Assembly: GCA_965207735.1 (NCBI GenBank)
Contig: OZ242296.1
Location: 1,216,001-1,280,000 of the forward strand
From: Candidatus Versatilivorator sp.
Lineage (GTDB): Bacteria; Acidobacteriota; Terriglobia; Versatilivoradales; Versatilivoraceae
Reading direction: 5' to 3'
DNA length: 64,000 nucleotides
Shown: positions 19,130-29,595 of the stretch, piece by piece
Layout: every line of letters starts with the position of its first letter
How positions within the stretch are numbered: position 1 is the first letter of the stretch
Program-made: the position numbers and the translations under genes
The notes under the pieces: model-generated
What the model saw: the letters and a program-made list of their open reading frames with translations, nothing else
Databases searched by the model: none
What the model was told of the DNA's origin: nothing

Positions 19130-19849
19130 TCAATTGAGGGGAAGGTAGAACAGGCTCAGTCGCGGAACACCAAAGGTCTGCAGCAGCTTCTTTCGCATCA
19201 GCTTGCTTTCCAGCATGGCAATGTGCTCGGCCTTCAAGCCCCGCTTGTGCCGTTGGATCTCCTGCTGGGTCTCTTGCTTCGCTTCCAGCAGGGACTCTTC
19301 GCTCATCCCCGAGAGGATAGCTGCCACAATGCGCTCTTCCAGGGTGTTGAGCTTCAATTCCAGACCCTCATAGTCCAGTGCCTGCGATGCCTCGATTTCC
19401 TGCATGATTCCCTCGAGCGAGCCGAGAGCCTTCTCCACCACGGTTCTGAATGCCGGCAGCTCGGCCGCCTTGGGTGCCGCCAGGAGCGACTCCAGCTGGC
19501 GGCGAGCACTTTCCAGCAGTTCCAGCAACTGCGGCACATCCAGATCACTTTCCCCAGCCTGGGCTGCCGGATCGTTGCGTCCGGCCCGACTCTCCTTCTG
19601 GCGCTCGTGTTCGGCCAGAATGGTCTGCGTGCAGTAGGCGAGGCTGTTCACCTTTCCCACCGGCCTTCGCCTTTTGGAGCGTCTGTCAAAGGCCTGGTCC
19701 ACCCCGCGCAGCACCGCCGCCAAGGGAACCCCGGCATCTCGCAGGGATTCGATCAGGGACCAGTCCAGAGGCGACAGAGGGCGGACCTGCCCGCGTCGTT
19801 TCTGGAAGTGCTCCTCGATCTCGGTAAAGTAGTTGAAGTAATTTTCCAT
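19130..19849 (-). CDS. Conserved hypothetical protein with a DnaD-like N-terminal domain
   Basis: Coherent ORF in the coaX-rlmD run; RPLSPLD...SLAYCTQTIL resembles the DnaD/DnaB_2 pattern. Confidence 0.75.
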   Translation of the reverse strand: MENYFNYFTEIEEHFQKRRGQVRPLSPLDWSLIESLRDAGVPLAAVLRGVDQAFDRRSKRRRPVGKVNSLAYCTQTILAEHERQKESRAGRNDPAAQAGESDLDVPQLLELLESARRQLESLLAAPKAAELPAFRTVVEKALGSLEGIMQEIEASQALDYEGLELKLNTLEERIVAAILSGMSEESLLEAKQETQQEIQRHKRGLKAEHIAMLESKLMRKKLLQTFGVPRLSLFYLPLN

Positions 19850-19893
19850 GGCGCAGGGTCCGCCGCCCCCTCCCGGCAGGCCTGCCCCGGTTC

Positions 19894-20664
19894 TCACCGA
19901 GGAAAATTTTTCTCGTGGATGAGGCGCAGTCCATCCAGCGTCAAATGGGAATCGATATGTTGAATATGGCGGGTGCCGGACCCGAAGAGTGTAGCCTGAC
20001 CTCCGGTGGAAACCACCGTTGTGTCAGGCCCCAACTCCCCGATCATGCGTTGAAGAATGCCGTCGACCAGGCCGATGTATCCGTGATAGAGGCCCGATTG
20101 GATGCTGGCCACGGTCGAGGTGCCGATCACGCTGACGGCCGGCTTGACCTCGACTCTGGGGAGCCTGGCCGTCCGGGCGAACAGCGCCTCGGCGGCTATC
20201 GCCGGTCCCGGACTGATGACCCCTCCGAGATACTCCCCCTTCCGGGAAATGGCGTCGAAGGTGGTGGCTGTCCCAAAGTCCACCACGATGCAGGGGCCCC
20301 CGTAACGATCAAATGCCGCGACCGCATTGACGATCCTGTCGGCGCCCACGTCCGAAGGTGGATCGTATAGGATGGGCATTCCGGTCTTGACCCCCGGCCC
20401 CACAAACAGGGGAGTAATCTTGAAATACTTCAAGGCCGTCTGTTGCAGCACGGTATTGAGGGGAGGAACCACCGATGCAATCACGATGTCCGAGATGCGG
20501 GTGAACTCGATGCCCGTCAGACTGAAGAGGTTCCTGGTCAAAACGCCGTATTCGTCCGCGGATTGACGCTCCTTGGTTTCCAGGCGCCAGTCGTTCCTCA
20601 GCCTGGAGCCCTCGTAGATTCCAAGCCAGGTATTGGTGTTGCCGACGTCGATGACCAGCAGCAT
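19894..20664 (-). CDS. coaX: Type III pantothenate kinase
   Basis: MLLVIDVGNTN, GADRIVN and VDFGTATTFD motifs. Confidence 0.96.
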   Translation of the reverse strand: MLLVIDVGNTNTWLGIYEGSRLRNDWRLETKERQSADEYGVLTRNLFSLTGIEFTRISDIVIASVVPPLNTVLQQTALKYFKITPLFVGPGVKTGMPILYDPPSDVGADRIVNAVAAFDRYGGPCIVVDFGTATTFDAISRKGEYLGGVISPGPAIAAEALFARTARLPRVEVKPAVSVIGTSTVASIQSGLYHGYIGLVDGILQRMIGELGPDTTVVSTGGQATLFGSGTRHIQHIDSHLTLDGLRLIHEKNFPR

Positions 20665-20678
20665 CGTCGCTTCGCCTC

Positions 20679-20726
20679 CCCATGGGCTCACGCCCACGGC
20701 TACCTGCTGCCGCCGCTCCGCGGCTC
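20679..20726. repeat. REP-like element, family C
   Basis: 45/48 identical to 36521-36568. Confidence 0.85.
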
Positions 20727-20779
20727 GATGGGTCGCCCGGGCGTTCGCCCGGGATTTTCAATTGCCAACAAGTGTCGCC

Positions 20780-21190
20780 CCTGCCCTGCCGGGCAGATCA
20801 TCCGAGCGTGAAACAGGGTTGTTTCAGGCAAGTCCCGCCCCCTCCCTGTCGTGCGGATCATTCGAGAGTCAAACAATCAGAAATCGATAATCCCTTTGTG
20901 ACCTTGGTATCCCGTCGCGGTTAACCTCAACGCCTTAGTGTCCCTTCGTCGTTCTTCGTGCCCCTTCGTGGATAAGTCTTTTGTCTTTCGTCTCTTGTCG
21001 TTTGTTTCAGACAAGCGAGGCCCCCGCCCCCCACGACGGGGCGGATCATTCGAAGGTGAAGAAACAGGGTTGTTTCAGACAAGCCGGGCCCCCGCCTTGG
21101 TGTGCGGATCATACATAGAGTGAAACAATCAGAAATCGACCATCCCTTCGCGACCTTGGTATCCCGTCGCGGATAACCTCAGCGCCTTAG
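20780..21190 (-). repeat. Family A repeat array, part downstream of the intron
   Basis: Reverse complement of the 1-550 units, including TGTTTCA...GAAACA cassettes. Confidence 0.93.
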
Positions 21191-23185
21191 GTAGAGTCGA
21201 GGGGAGGCGCGCCGGCCTTAGATCGAGGGAGTCGCTGTTGCCGGCGGCTTTCGCCACTCGCCGGTGCCTCAATCTCGTTCCTCGCTGCGTTTCCTCGCCC
21301 CCGCTCGTCAAACCGGACGTGCGGTTTTCCCGCATCCGGCTTTCAGTCAAGATCATGCCTTCGCCCTCGGAAGGCTCTGTGGCTTCGACCCCAGGCAAGT
21401 GAGTCCATAGGTTTTCCATAGTCTCTCGTCCGAGAAGCGCACACTCCCCCCGGTCCTCACCTTGTGCTTCCGACAGAGCCACTGACGCAGCCGCCCGCCC
21501 GCGTGGCGGTCGATCGCTCGGTAGGCCGGGCTCACCTGCCCCAGAACGAAGTAGTTCGCCCACCCGGTCATCGCCCGGTTCAGGTGTTCTACCATCTGTC
21601 CTCGAAGCAGCGTCCCGTTCCTCGGCGCCGTCCACTCGCTGATCTTGCGGCAGATGCTCTGGACGCTCGCCTGGCTGGGTCGTGTGCCGATGTAGGCTCC
21701 TTTCCCTTTGGGGCGATAGTTGCGTCCGATGCGATATCCCAGAAACCCCATCGGTTCCTCCGGACACCGCAAGCATCGGGTCTTCCGCTCGTTGACCGGT
21801 AGCTTCAGCTCCTCCATGATCCGCTTGACCGCCGTCAGCATCTCTGCCGCCGGTGCCCTGCCGAGTACACGGAAGTCATCCGCATAGTTGACGATCTCCG
21901 CACAGAAGCGCCGGGCATATCCCAGCACCTTCCAGCCCAAAACGAAGCGCCGCATGTAGAGATTGCTGAGCAACGGTGAGATCGGGGCTCCTTGCGGTGT
22001 CCCCTTCCGCTCCCGGCGCCCTCGGTTCCGGCGGCGTCTGCCACCCTTCCCGTCGTCCTCCTCCACCGGCATCTCCAGCCATGCCTTGATGAGCTTGAGC
22101 ATCCTCCCGTCACTCACGCGCCGGGCAATGCTTCGAATCAGCTCCGCATGCGGAATCTCGCCGAAGTAGTTGGACAGGTCGCCGTCAACCACCTCCTGGT
22201 AACCCCTTTGCAGGAGTTCATGCACGCGTTTGACCGCGTCGTTGGCACTCCGCCCCCGCCGATAGCCATATTGCTCCGGTTGCAGGTCCGCTTCGAAGAT
22301 CGGCTCCAACACCAGCAAAGCCGCCGTCTGCGCTACCCGGTCCCGTATGCAGGGTATGCCCAAAGGCCGGAACTTGCCGGGCTGTTTCTTCGGGATCAGC
22401 ACCTGCCGCACCGGCTTCGGTACGTAGGTTCCTTCCCTCAGATCCCGCGCCAGTTCCCCCAGCCAGCCCTCCACCCCATACGCCTCGATGTCCTTGAAGC
22501 CCTCCCCGTCCACCCCGGCCGACCCGCCGTTTCGGCGTACCTGTGCCCAGGCTTCCTTCAGAAAGTCCTCTCGCCACACCTTGTCCGACAGCGCATGAAA
22601 CCGCCGCTTGGGGTCCTCCTTCGCTTTCGCATGTAGCATGGTCTGGAATTTCCGAACCCCCTCTGACCCTGTTAGACTCTTGTCAGTGGCCACGCCTTGC
22701 CTCCTTTCCATGCTGCTCTCAACTCAGGGTCCCTTCCCTCCACCGGCGTTACCCGGCTTCTCCGGTACTACCGACCCATCCGCCACCCTGACGGCCCGGC
22801 CTGCCCCTCGCGGGGTCCCGGTTGATGTGTGCCGCATCTCCCCCAGGGCTTCCCGTGTTGCTGCCTTCTTCCCCTTCCATGCGTGCCAGCGTCACTACCC
22901 CGACGGAAGCGGATCGGTGCCCGCGTCGCTCTCTTCCCCATCCGCCAACGGCCTTCCCCTAAAGACAGGAGGGTCGGCTTCCGTATTGTCCGTTTCGAGG
23001 CCTGCTCGACGTTCACTCGCGTTCCGGCCCGCATGCTCGCTGAGCCGCCCTTGGCGGCCCTTGACGCCAGAGTGCTTCAGACCATTTCGTTACCTCCATG
23101 ATCCGCCCTGGCTGCTACCAACCGGAGCGACAGTTGTTGGGCGGGGTTCGCACCCGCCAGAAGAAGGCGCCTTTCCACGGCGCAC
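21191..23185 (-). mobile_element. Full-length group II intron
   Basis: 5' end GTGCG at 23185; 3' end ...CTCTAC at 21191; domain V AAGCCGGATGCGGGAAAACCGCACGTCCGGTTT near 21310-21342. Removing the intron restores the repeat sequence GGGGCA/CTAAGG. Confidence 0.95.
21353..22711 (-). CDS. ltrA: Group II intron reverse transcriptase/maturase, no endonuclease domain
   Basis: RPLGIPCIRDRVAQ, GTPQGAPISPLLSNLY and YADD motifs; domain X GWANYF; ORF uninterrupted. Confidence 0.96.
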   Translation of the reverse strand: MERRQGVATDKSLTGSEGVRKFQTMLHAKAKEDPKRRFHALSDKVWREDFLKEAWAQVRRNGGSAGVDGEGFKDIEAYGVEGWLGELARDLREGTYVPKPVRQVLIPKKQPGKFRPLGIPCIRDRVAQTAALLVLEPIFEADLQPEQYGYRRGRSANDAVKRVHELLQRGYQEVVDGDLSNYFGEIPHAELIRSIARRVSDGRMLKLIKAWLEMPVEEDDGKGGRRRRNRGRRERKGTPQGAPISPLLSNLYMRRFVLGWKVLGYARRFCAEIVNYADDFRVLGRAPAAEMLTAVKRIMEELKLPVNERKTRCLRCPEEPMGFLGYRIGRNYRPKGKGAYIGTRPSQASVQSICRKISEWTAPRNGTLLRGQMVEHLNRAMTGWANYFVLGQVSPAYRAIDRHAGGRLRQWLCRKHKVRTGGSVRFSDERLWKTYGLTCLGSKPQSLPRAKA

Positions 23186-23680
23186 TGCCCCTTCGTGGAT
23201 AAGTCTTTTGTCTTTAGTCCTTTGTCGGTTGTTTCAGGCAAGTGGGGCCCCTGCCCTGTCGGGTAGATCATCCGAGGGTGAAACAGGGTTGTTTCAGACA
23301 AGCCGGCCCCCGCCCTGGTGTGCGGATCACACATAGAGTGAAACAATCGGCAATCGACCATCCCTTCGCGAACTTGGTACCCCGTCGCGGTCAACCTCAA
23401 CGCCTTAGTGCCCCTTCGTCGTTCTTCGTGCCCCTTCGTGGAAATGTCTTTTTCTTTTGTCTTTTTAGGTTGTTTCAGACAAGCCGAGCCCCCGCCCTGC
23501 CGTGCGGATCATACATAGAGTGAAACAATCTGAAATCGACCACCCCTTCGCGAACTTGGTACCCCGTCTCGGTTAACCTCAGCGCCTTAGTGCCCCTTCG
23601 TGGTCCTTCGTGCCCCTTCGTGGATAAGTCTTTTTCTTTTGTCGTTTGTCGTTTGTTTCAGACAAGCCGGGCCCCCGCCG
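23186..23680 (-). repeat. Family A repeat array, part upstream of the intron
   Basis: Remainder of the interrupted unit plus two further units, ending at the birA stop. Confidence 0.93.
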
Positions 23681-23683
23681 GCG

Positions 23684-24676
23684 CTACCATTCGACCACGT
23701 CCCCGGCCACGACCTCTTCCACCGTACCATCCTCACATCTGACCCTGAGGGCCCCCTGCTCACTCAGCCCGGCGGTAGTCCCCCGAATGGAGCGGCCCAG
23801 GTTGGAGACCAGGACAGGGCGGCCTCTAACGGAGGAAGAGAAGGCCATCCAGCGCTCCAGCAGAGGCCGGAGCCCCTGTTCCAGGAAAACCAGGTAGAGG
23901 GGCTCCAGATGGTTCAACAAGGCAGCCACCAGTCTCGGCCTGGAGACCGGGCCGCCCGCCGCTTGCTCCAGGGTCGATGCCCGGCCGGCAATGGCGCCCG
24001 GAAGCGAGCTTCCATTCACGTTGATGCCGACTCCTACGATGACGAAATGGACCCTGCCGGGATCGGCGTTCATCTCCGTCAACACTCCGCAGCACTTCCC
24101 GCCCCGGGTGAGCACATCGTTGGGCCATTTGAGGTCGGTGGGGATTCCGGCGACTTCCCGAATAGCCTGGCTGGCCGCCAGTCCCACCACCAGGTTCAAG
24201 CCGGGCGCCTGCGCAGGATCCACCTCCGGCCGCAATATCTGCGAGAAGAGAATGTCCTTGGTCTTGCGAGACAACCAGGTTCTGCCCAAACGCCCTCGCC
24301 CGCCGGTCTGCTCCTCGGCCACCACCACTGTCCCTTCCGGCGCTCCGTCCCGGGCAAGGCGCCGGGCGGTGTCGTTGGTGGAGCCGACCCTCAGGTAGTG
24401 GTGATACCTCCGACCCAGCCGGTGGGTGGCGAGATGGGGTCGAACCCGGGAAGCCACCGGCAGATCGGCAGCCGCCGTGAGCCGAACCCGCCCATCCGAG
24501 CCCACCTCCAGAGGCAGACCTTGCACCTGGAGCCGGGCCAGAACTGCTGACAACTCGGCTGGGGACATGTCCAGGGTACGGGCGAGCTCCAGCCGGCCCC
24601 TCCCCTCGTCCCCTGCATCCGCCAGCAACTCGACAAGTCGATCGAGCCGCGCATCGCTGGATGGAAGTTCCCTCAT
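23684..24676 (-). CDS. birA: Biotin-[acetyl-CoA carboxylase] ligase with N-terminal HTH
   Basis: STND, QTGGRGRLGRTW and KWPND motifs; ATG overlaps the nadC stop. Confidence 0.93.
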   Translation of the reverse strand: MRELPSSDARLDRLVELLADAGDEGRGRLELARTLDMSPAELSAVLARLQVQGLPLEVGSDGRVRLTAAADLPVASRVRPHLATHRLGRRYHHYLRVGSTNDTARRLARDGAPEGTVVVAEEQTGGRGRLGRTWLSRKTKDILFSQILRPEVDPAQAPGLNLVVGLAASQAIREVAGIPTDLKWPNDVLTRGGKCCGVLTEMNADPGRVHFVIVGVGINVNGSSLPGAIAGRASTLEQAAGGPVSRPRLVAALLNHLEPLYLVFLEQGLRPLLERWMAFSSSVRGRPVLVSNLGRSIRGTTAGLSEQGALRVRCEDGTVEEVVAGDVVEW

Positions 24677-25560
24677 CGCGGGTGGGGATTGGATAGTTGC
24701 AACTCCAGGCTGATATCGGCCGCCCTCGCGGAGTGGGTCAAGGCGCCCACCGAGATGAAGTCCACTCCGGTTACGGCATAGTCCCGAATATTGTGCAAAT
24801 CGATGCCTCCGGAGACCTCCAGAAGCGCACGGCCCCGGGTCCTGGACACACACTCTCCGACCTGTCCCGGCGTCATGTTGTCCAGCAAAATGGCTTCCAC
24901 CCCAACCCCCAGAGCTTGCTCCAACTCTTCCAGGTTGGAGACTTCCACCTCGATCCTTTGCGGGGAGTCGAGCCCCGAACGAACCCTGGAGACAGCCGCT
25001 TCGATTCCGCCCGCGGCCCGGATGTGGTTCTCCTTGATCAGAATCCCGTCATAGAGGCCGAAGCGATGGTTCTTCCCCCCTCCCATGACGACGGCGTACT
25101 TTTCCAGGAAACGCAATCCGGGGGTTGTCTTGCGGGTATCCAGGACGGCGATCCCGGTTCCCTCCACCGCCCCGACCATGGCCCGAGTCAAGGTCGCGAT
25201 GCCGCTGCACCGCTGCAGAAAGTTGAGCGCCACCCGCTCCCCACCGAGCAAGAGCACCGCCGGCCCGCGGACCGTCCCCAGAAGGCTTCCCCGGGGCACC
25301 CGGTCGCCTTCTCCAAAGAATGCCTGAGACGCACAGCGGTCGGACAGGATCCGGAAGGTCTCCGCCACCACCGGCCACCCCGCCAGGACCAGATCGGCCT
25401 TGGCCCGGAAATCTCCCCGAGCCGGCAGGGACGGATCGACGGTGAGCCGGCTGGTGACATCGCCGGCTCCACGGTCCTCCGCCAGCGCCTCGGAGACAAT
25501 GGGTGTCAGCTTCCGGGAATCCAGCTCCAGCCCGCATTTCTCACCAGGGGGCGTGATCAT
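24673..25560 (-). CDS. nadC: Quinolinate phosphoribosyltransferase
   Basis: DTRKTTPG, HRFGLYD, LLDNM and ISVGALTHS motifs. Confidence 0.96.
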   Translation of the reverse strand: MITPPGEKCGLELDSRKLTPIVSEALAEDRGAGDVTSRLTVDPSLPARGDFRAKADLVLAGWPVVAETFRILSDRCASQAFFGEGDRVPRGSLLGTVRGPAVLLLGGERVALNFLQRCSGIATLTRAMVGAVEGTGIAVLDTRKTTPGLRFLEKYAVVMGGGKNHRFGLYDGILIKENHIRAAGGIEAAVSRVRSGLDSPQRIEVEVSNLEELEQALGVGVEAILLDNMTPGQVGECVSRTRGRALLEVSGGIDLHNIRDYAVTGVDFISVGALTHSARAADISLELQLSNPHPR

Positions 25561-25579
25561 GGCGGAGGAATGTTTCCCT

Positions 25580-28252
25580 TTACAGTTGATCCCGATACTC
25601 CATCAACTTGCCCAGCTTTTCCTGAAACTGGATGAGACGATTGCGATTGAGCTCGACGACTTTCTCCGGCGCCTTGGCCACAAAGGCCTGATTCTGCAGC
25701 CGCTGCCGGATCGGTGTCATCTCCCGTTCCAACTTGAGGATCTCTCTTTCGATCCGCCCCTTTTCCACCTGCAGATCGATCAGACCCGCCAACGGAATCT
25801 CCACGCTCACCCCGGACGCCACCGAGCGAGCCGAATGGTCTTCCCTGCCGACCGCGGCCACCACCTCCACCCGATCGCAGCGGGCCAGGTTGCGGATATA
25901 GGGCCGGCTCTCCAGCAGGAATGAGCGCACCTCCGGTTCCGAGCTGGCCAGCCGGACCGGGATTCTGCGCCCGGGATCCAGGTTGATCTCGGCCCTCAGG
26001 TTTCGGATCTTGGTGATGACATCCTGCAACATGCCGATACGGGCTTCGGCCGTGGCGTCGGTCCGGGCCGGGTGACCCTCGGGATAGGACTGGACGGCAA
26101 TAGAGACTCCCTTGTGTGGCAACCGTTGCCAAAGCTCCTCGGTGATGAAGGGCATGAAGGGATGCATCAGCCGGAGAGCCTGATCGAAGACGACCAGCAG
26201 CACCCGGTAGGAGAGCTGATCCTCGGGATGCTTTTCCGGGCCCACGATCTTGGGCTTGACAAACTCGATATACCAATCGCAAAGCTCTCCCCAGAAAAAG
26301 TGGTAGATGGCGTGGCTGGATTCATGAAACCGATAGGCTTCCAACCCCGCGTTGACCTCACGGGTGACACCGGACAGCCTGGACAGAATCCACCGGTCCA
26401 CCAGGGACAGATCCTTCCTCCTTTGGGTGAGATCATCCATCTCGGCGCTGGCGTCGAAGTCCGGCGGGAGCTGGGCGCGAATGCTCTCCAGATGCAGGGT
26501 CACCAGGCGAAAAGCATTCCAGATCTTGTTGGCAAAGGCCCGATGGCTGAGGATCCTTTCTTCGGAGAGGCTGATGTCGGTGCCCGGCGCGGCCATGATG
26601 GCCAGGGTGAAGCGAACGGCGTCGGTACCGTACTGTTCCATCAGGTCCAGAGGATCCACCACGTTGCCCTTGGACTTGCTCATCTTCTTCCCTTCGGCAT
26701 CCCGCACCAGGCTGTTGATATAGACGGTCCGAAAGGGGACGTCCCCCGCAAACTTGAGGCCGGCCATGATCATGCGGGCCACCCAGAAGAAGATGATGTC
26801 GAATCCGGTGATCAGGACAGAGGTGGGGTAGAACTGTTTCAGGTCCCGGGTCTGCTCGGGCCAGCCCAGGGTGGAAAAGGGCCAGAGACCCGAGCTGAAC
26901 CAAGTATCCAATACGTCGGTCTCCGGCGTGAGCTCCCCGCCGGAGCAACGAATACACTGCCGCGGTTCCTGCCGGGCCACGTTGACCTCTCCGCAGTTTC
27001 GGCAGTGCCAGGCGGGGATGCGGTGCCCCCACCAAAGCTGCCGGGAGATACACCAGTCCCTGATGTTGCGCATCCACTCGAAATAGGTCTTGGACCAATT
27101 GGACGGAACAAATCGGACCCGGCCTTCCTCCACGGCCCGGATGGCCGGTTCGGCCAACGGTTTGGTCCTGACGAACCACTGGGTGGACAAGAGAGGCTCG
27201 ATCACCTGCTTGCAGCGATCGCACTGCCCCACGCTGTGGGTATGGTCTTCCACCTTTTCCAACAACCCTTGACGGTCAAGCTCCCTGACCACGGCGGCCC
27301 GGCAATCCGAACGGTCCAGTCCCCGGAACTCGCCCGCCGCATCGGTCATCCGCCCATCCTCATCCAGTATCGAGATCTGTTCCAGTTCGTGGCGCAGTCC
27401 GATTTCGAAATCGTTGGGGTCGTGAGCCGGCGTGACTTTTACCAGTCCGGTTCCGAATTGGGGATCCACAAAGGAATCGGCCACAATTGGAATCTCGCGA
27501 TCGGCCAAGGGCAGCCGCACCACCCTGCCGGCCAACCCCCGATAGCGCCCGTCCTTGGGATTGAAGGCCACCGCGGCATCCCCCAGCATGGTCTCCGGCC
27601 GTGTGGTGGCCACCGAGAGCGAACCGGGTCCGCCCGCGAGGGGATAACGCAGGGTGTACAATTTCCCCTGGGTCGGCTCTGCGTTCACTTCCAGGTCGGA
27701 GAGTGCCGTGCGGCAACGAACGCACCAGTTGATCAGTCGCTTGCCCCGGTAGATGAGCCCTTCCTCATAGAGCCGCACAAAGACTTCTCGCACCGCCCGG
27801 GACAGCCCCTCATCCAGGGTAAATCTCTCCCGGGTCCAGTCGCAGGAGCCCCCCAAACGGCGCAGCTGCCTCAAAATGGTGTTGCCGCTCTTCTCCTTCC
27901 ACTCCCAGACACGCCGCTCGAAGGCCTCCCGCCCCAATGCCTGACGGGAGGTCCCCTCCGCTTCCAGTTGACGTTCCACCACGTTCTGGGTGGCGATGCC
28001 GGCGTGGTCGGTGCCCGGCAGCCACAGCGTATTGTGCCCCTGCATCCTGCGCCAGCGGACAACGATGTCATGCAGCGTGTAGACCAGCATGTGCCCCATG
28101 TGAAGAGACCCCGTCACGTTGGGCGGCGGTATGACTATCACGAAGGGGGGACGGCTGGATTCGGCGTCGGCTACGAATAGACGCTTCCTTTCCCAGAATT
28201 CCATCCAGCCCGGCTCGACCGATTGGGGATCGTAGGTCTTTGAAATTTCCAT
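25580..28252 (-). CDS. valS: Valine-tRNA ligase
   Basis: [24 protein letters not shown] and KMSKS motifs; C-terminal coiled coil. Confidence 0.98.
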   Translation of the reverse strand: MEISKTYDPQSVEPGWMEFWERKRLFVADAESSRPPFVIVIPPPNVTGSLHMGHMLVYTLHDIVVRWRRMQGHNTLWLPGTDHAGIATQNVVERQLEAEGTSRQALGREAFERRVWEWKEKSGNTILRQLRRLGGSCDWTRERFTLDEGLSRAVREVFVRLYEEGLIYRGKRLINWCVRCRTALSDLEVNAEPTQGKLYTLRYPLAGGPGSLSVATTRPETMLGDAAVAFNPKDGRYRGLAGRVVRLPLADREIPIVADSFVDPQFGTGLVKVTPAHDPNDFEIGLRHELEQISILDEDGRMTDAAGEFRGLDRSDCRAAVVRELDRQGLLEKVEDHTHSVGQCDRCKQVIEPLLSTQWFVRTKPLAEPAIRAVEEGRVRFVPSNWSKTYFEWMRNIRDWCISRQLWWGHRIPAWHCRNCGEVNVARQEPRQCIRCSGGELTPETDVLDTWFSSGLWPFSTLGWPEQTRDLKQFYPTSVLITGFDIIFFWVARMIMAGLKFAGDVPFRTVYINSLVRDAEGKKMSKSKGNVVDPLDLMEQYGTDAVRFTLAIMAAPGTDISLSEERILSHRAFANKIWNAFRLVTLHLESIRAQLPPDFDASAEMDDLTQRRKDLSLVDRWILSRLSGVTREVNAGLEAYRFHESSHAIYHFFWGELCDWYIEFVKPKIVGPEKHPEDQLSYRVLLVVFDQALRLMHPFMPFITEELWQRLPHKGVSIAVQSYPEGHPARTDATAEARIGMLQDVITKIRNLRAEINLDPGRRIPVRLASSEPEVRSFLLESRPYIRNLARCDRVEVVAAVGREDHSARSVASGVSVEIPLAGLIDLQVEKGRIEREILKLEREMTPIRQRLQNQAFVAKAPEKVVELNRNRLIQFQEKLGKLMEYRDQL

Positions 28253-28469
28253 GCTGATGACTCAGGCCGGCAAGGCCCACACTGAACCGGCGTTTCTCAC
28301 CGGGTCGCAGCGCAAATGGGGCCGCAGACAGGCTGTTTTAGCGCCGTCCCTCCAAAAGTGATGGGAAAACACCGGTTACGGGAGGGGATGAAATACCCGG
28401 CGAATGGGGTCTGGCAGGAGGCCGTGCGGCGGGGCGGCAACGTCCGGTCCGGCGTCAGTCGCCTGCCTG

Positions 28470-29570
28470 CTATTCGGAACTGGAATCCGGGGATGCCGGC
28501 TCGCCATCCACCTCTCGTTCGGGACGGGTGACGATCTCGATACCCAACGAGCCGCCACTAGGCACAGCGGTCGGGGCAACGGGTGCGGGAGCGGCTTCTG
28601 CCGGGCCGCCGGGTTCCAGATTGATTTGCTCCGGTCCCAACAGCAGAGGTGGGCGTTCGGCCTTGCGTGCCCGGGAGACATCGGGTCTCTTGCTGAACAA
28701 CGATGCGAACCGCCCCATCAGGGACCGCTTGGTCACGTTTTCCAGGTCTTCCTGCGCCCGAGCCAAGGCCACCGGGTCGACGTCGGGAATGGGAAGGCCC
28801 AGTTTTTCCAGCTTTTTTCTGGACTCGCCTTCAAACTCACTAAGCGGGTGGTAGCGGACCACCAGTCCATAGTAATACCCTGCTGCAACGATGTTCTGCT
28901 CGCGTTCACGCACCCGGCCCAGGACGTAAAGGACTTCATCCTGCCGGCTGAAATCGGCGTACTTGATGGCCGTGGCCGCGCGGTTGAAGGCCCCCCTGTA
29001 GTTTCTTCGAACGAACTCGTGCTTGGCCACCCCCAGGTCCCCCACCGCCAGGACCTCCTCGACCTCCCGCAGGTACTGGCGGGCTTCAGAAACCAGGGGG
29101 CTGTCCGGATGTTCCGCAATAAAGGCCTGGAATTCCATTTGGGCGGCCCTGGCCTGGGTGGCGTCCCGATTGGGTTTCTCCATCTGGCGAAAGTGCGTCA
29201 GCGCAATGCGCATCTGGGCATCGTCGAGTTCCTCGCTGGTGGGGAAAAAGGTCTTGAAGTCCTCATACTCGGCCTTGGCCTGCAGCAGTCCCGAGGTTCC
29301 TCCCTGCTTGAAATAGGAGTCCGCAATGGCCAACTTGGCCCGTTCCTGGTATTCACTGTCGGGATAGGTGTTCAACAGGTTTTGAAAGACCAGGCGACCC
29401 ACGTCGTAGCGGCCTTTGGCCACATCTTGCAGACCCTTCTCGTACAGAATCTTGTCGGGCTCGGCTGCCCCGTCGGGGGTGATGACCTCTCCCTTTTTCC
29501 CTCCGAAGAAGCAGCCCGAAAAGGTCAAGGTGAGGACAGCCAACCAGGCTAAAGGTTTCCGGCTTTTCAT
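28470..29570 (-). CDS. bamD: Outer membrane protein assembly factor BamD
   Basis: Lipobox FSGC; TPR repeats; RDATQARAA motif. Confidence 0.88.
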   Translation of the reverse strand: MKSRKPLAWLAVLTLTFSGCFFGGKKGEVITPDGAAEPDKILYEKGLQDVAKGRYDVGRLVFQNLLNTYPDSEYQERAKLAIADSYFKQGGTSGLLQAKAEYEDFKTFFPTSEELDDAQMRIALTHFRQMEKPNRDATQARAAQMEFQAFIAEHPDSPLVSEARQYLREVEEVLAVGDLGVAKHEFVRRNYRGAFNRAATAIKYADFSRQDEVLYVLGRVREREQNIVAAGYYYGLVVRYHPLSEFEGESRKKLEKLGLPIPDVDPVALARAQEDLENVTKRSLMGRFASLFSKRPDVSRARKAERPPLLLGPEQINLEPGGPAEAAPAPVAPTAVPSGGSLGIEIVTRPEREVDGEPASPDSSSE

Positions 29571-29595
29571 GAACTCCTCCAGGAACGTGTCCTGC

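Noticed and set aside
20780-23680. Integron attC cassette array or DGR/retron
   Set aside because: No RYYYAAC...GTTRRRY boxes, cassette ORFs or integrase. The RT lies inside canonical group II intron ends with domain V, and no TR/VR pair is seen.
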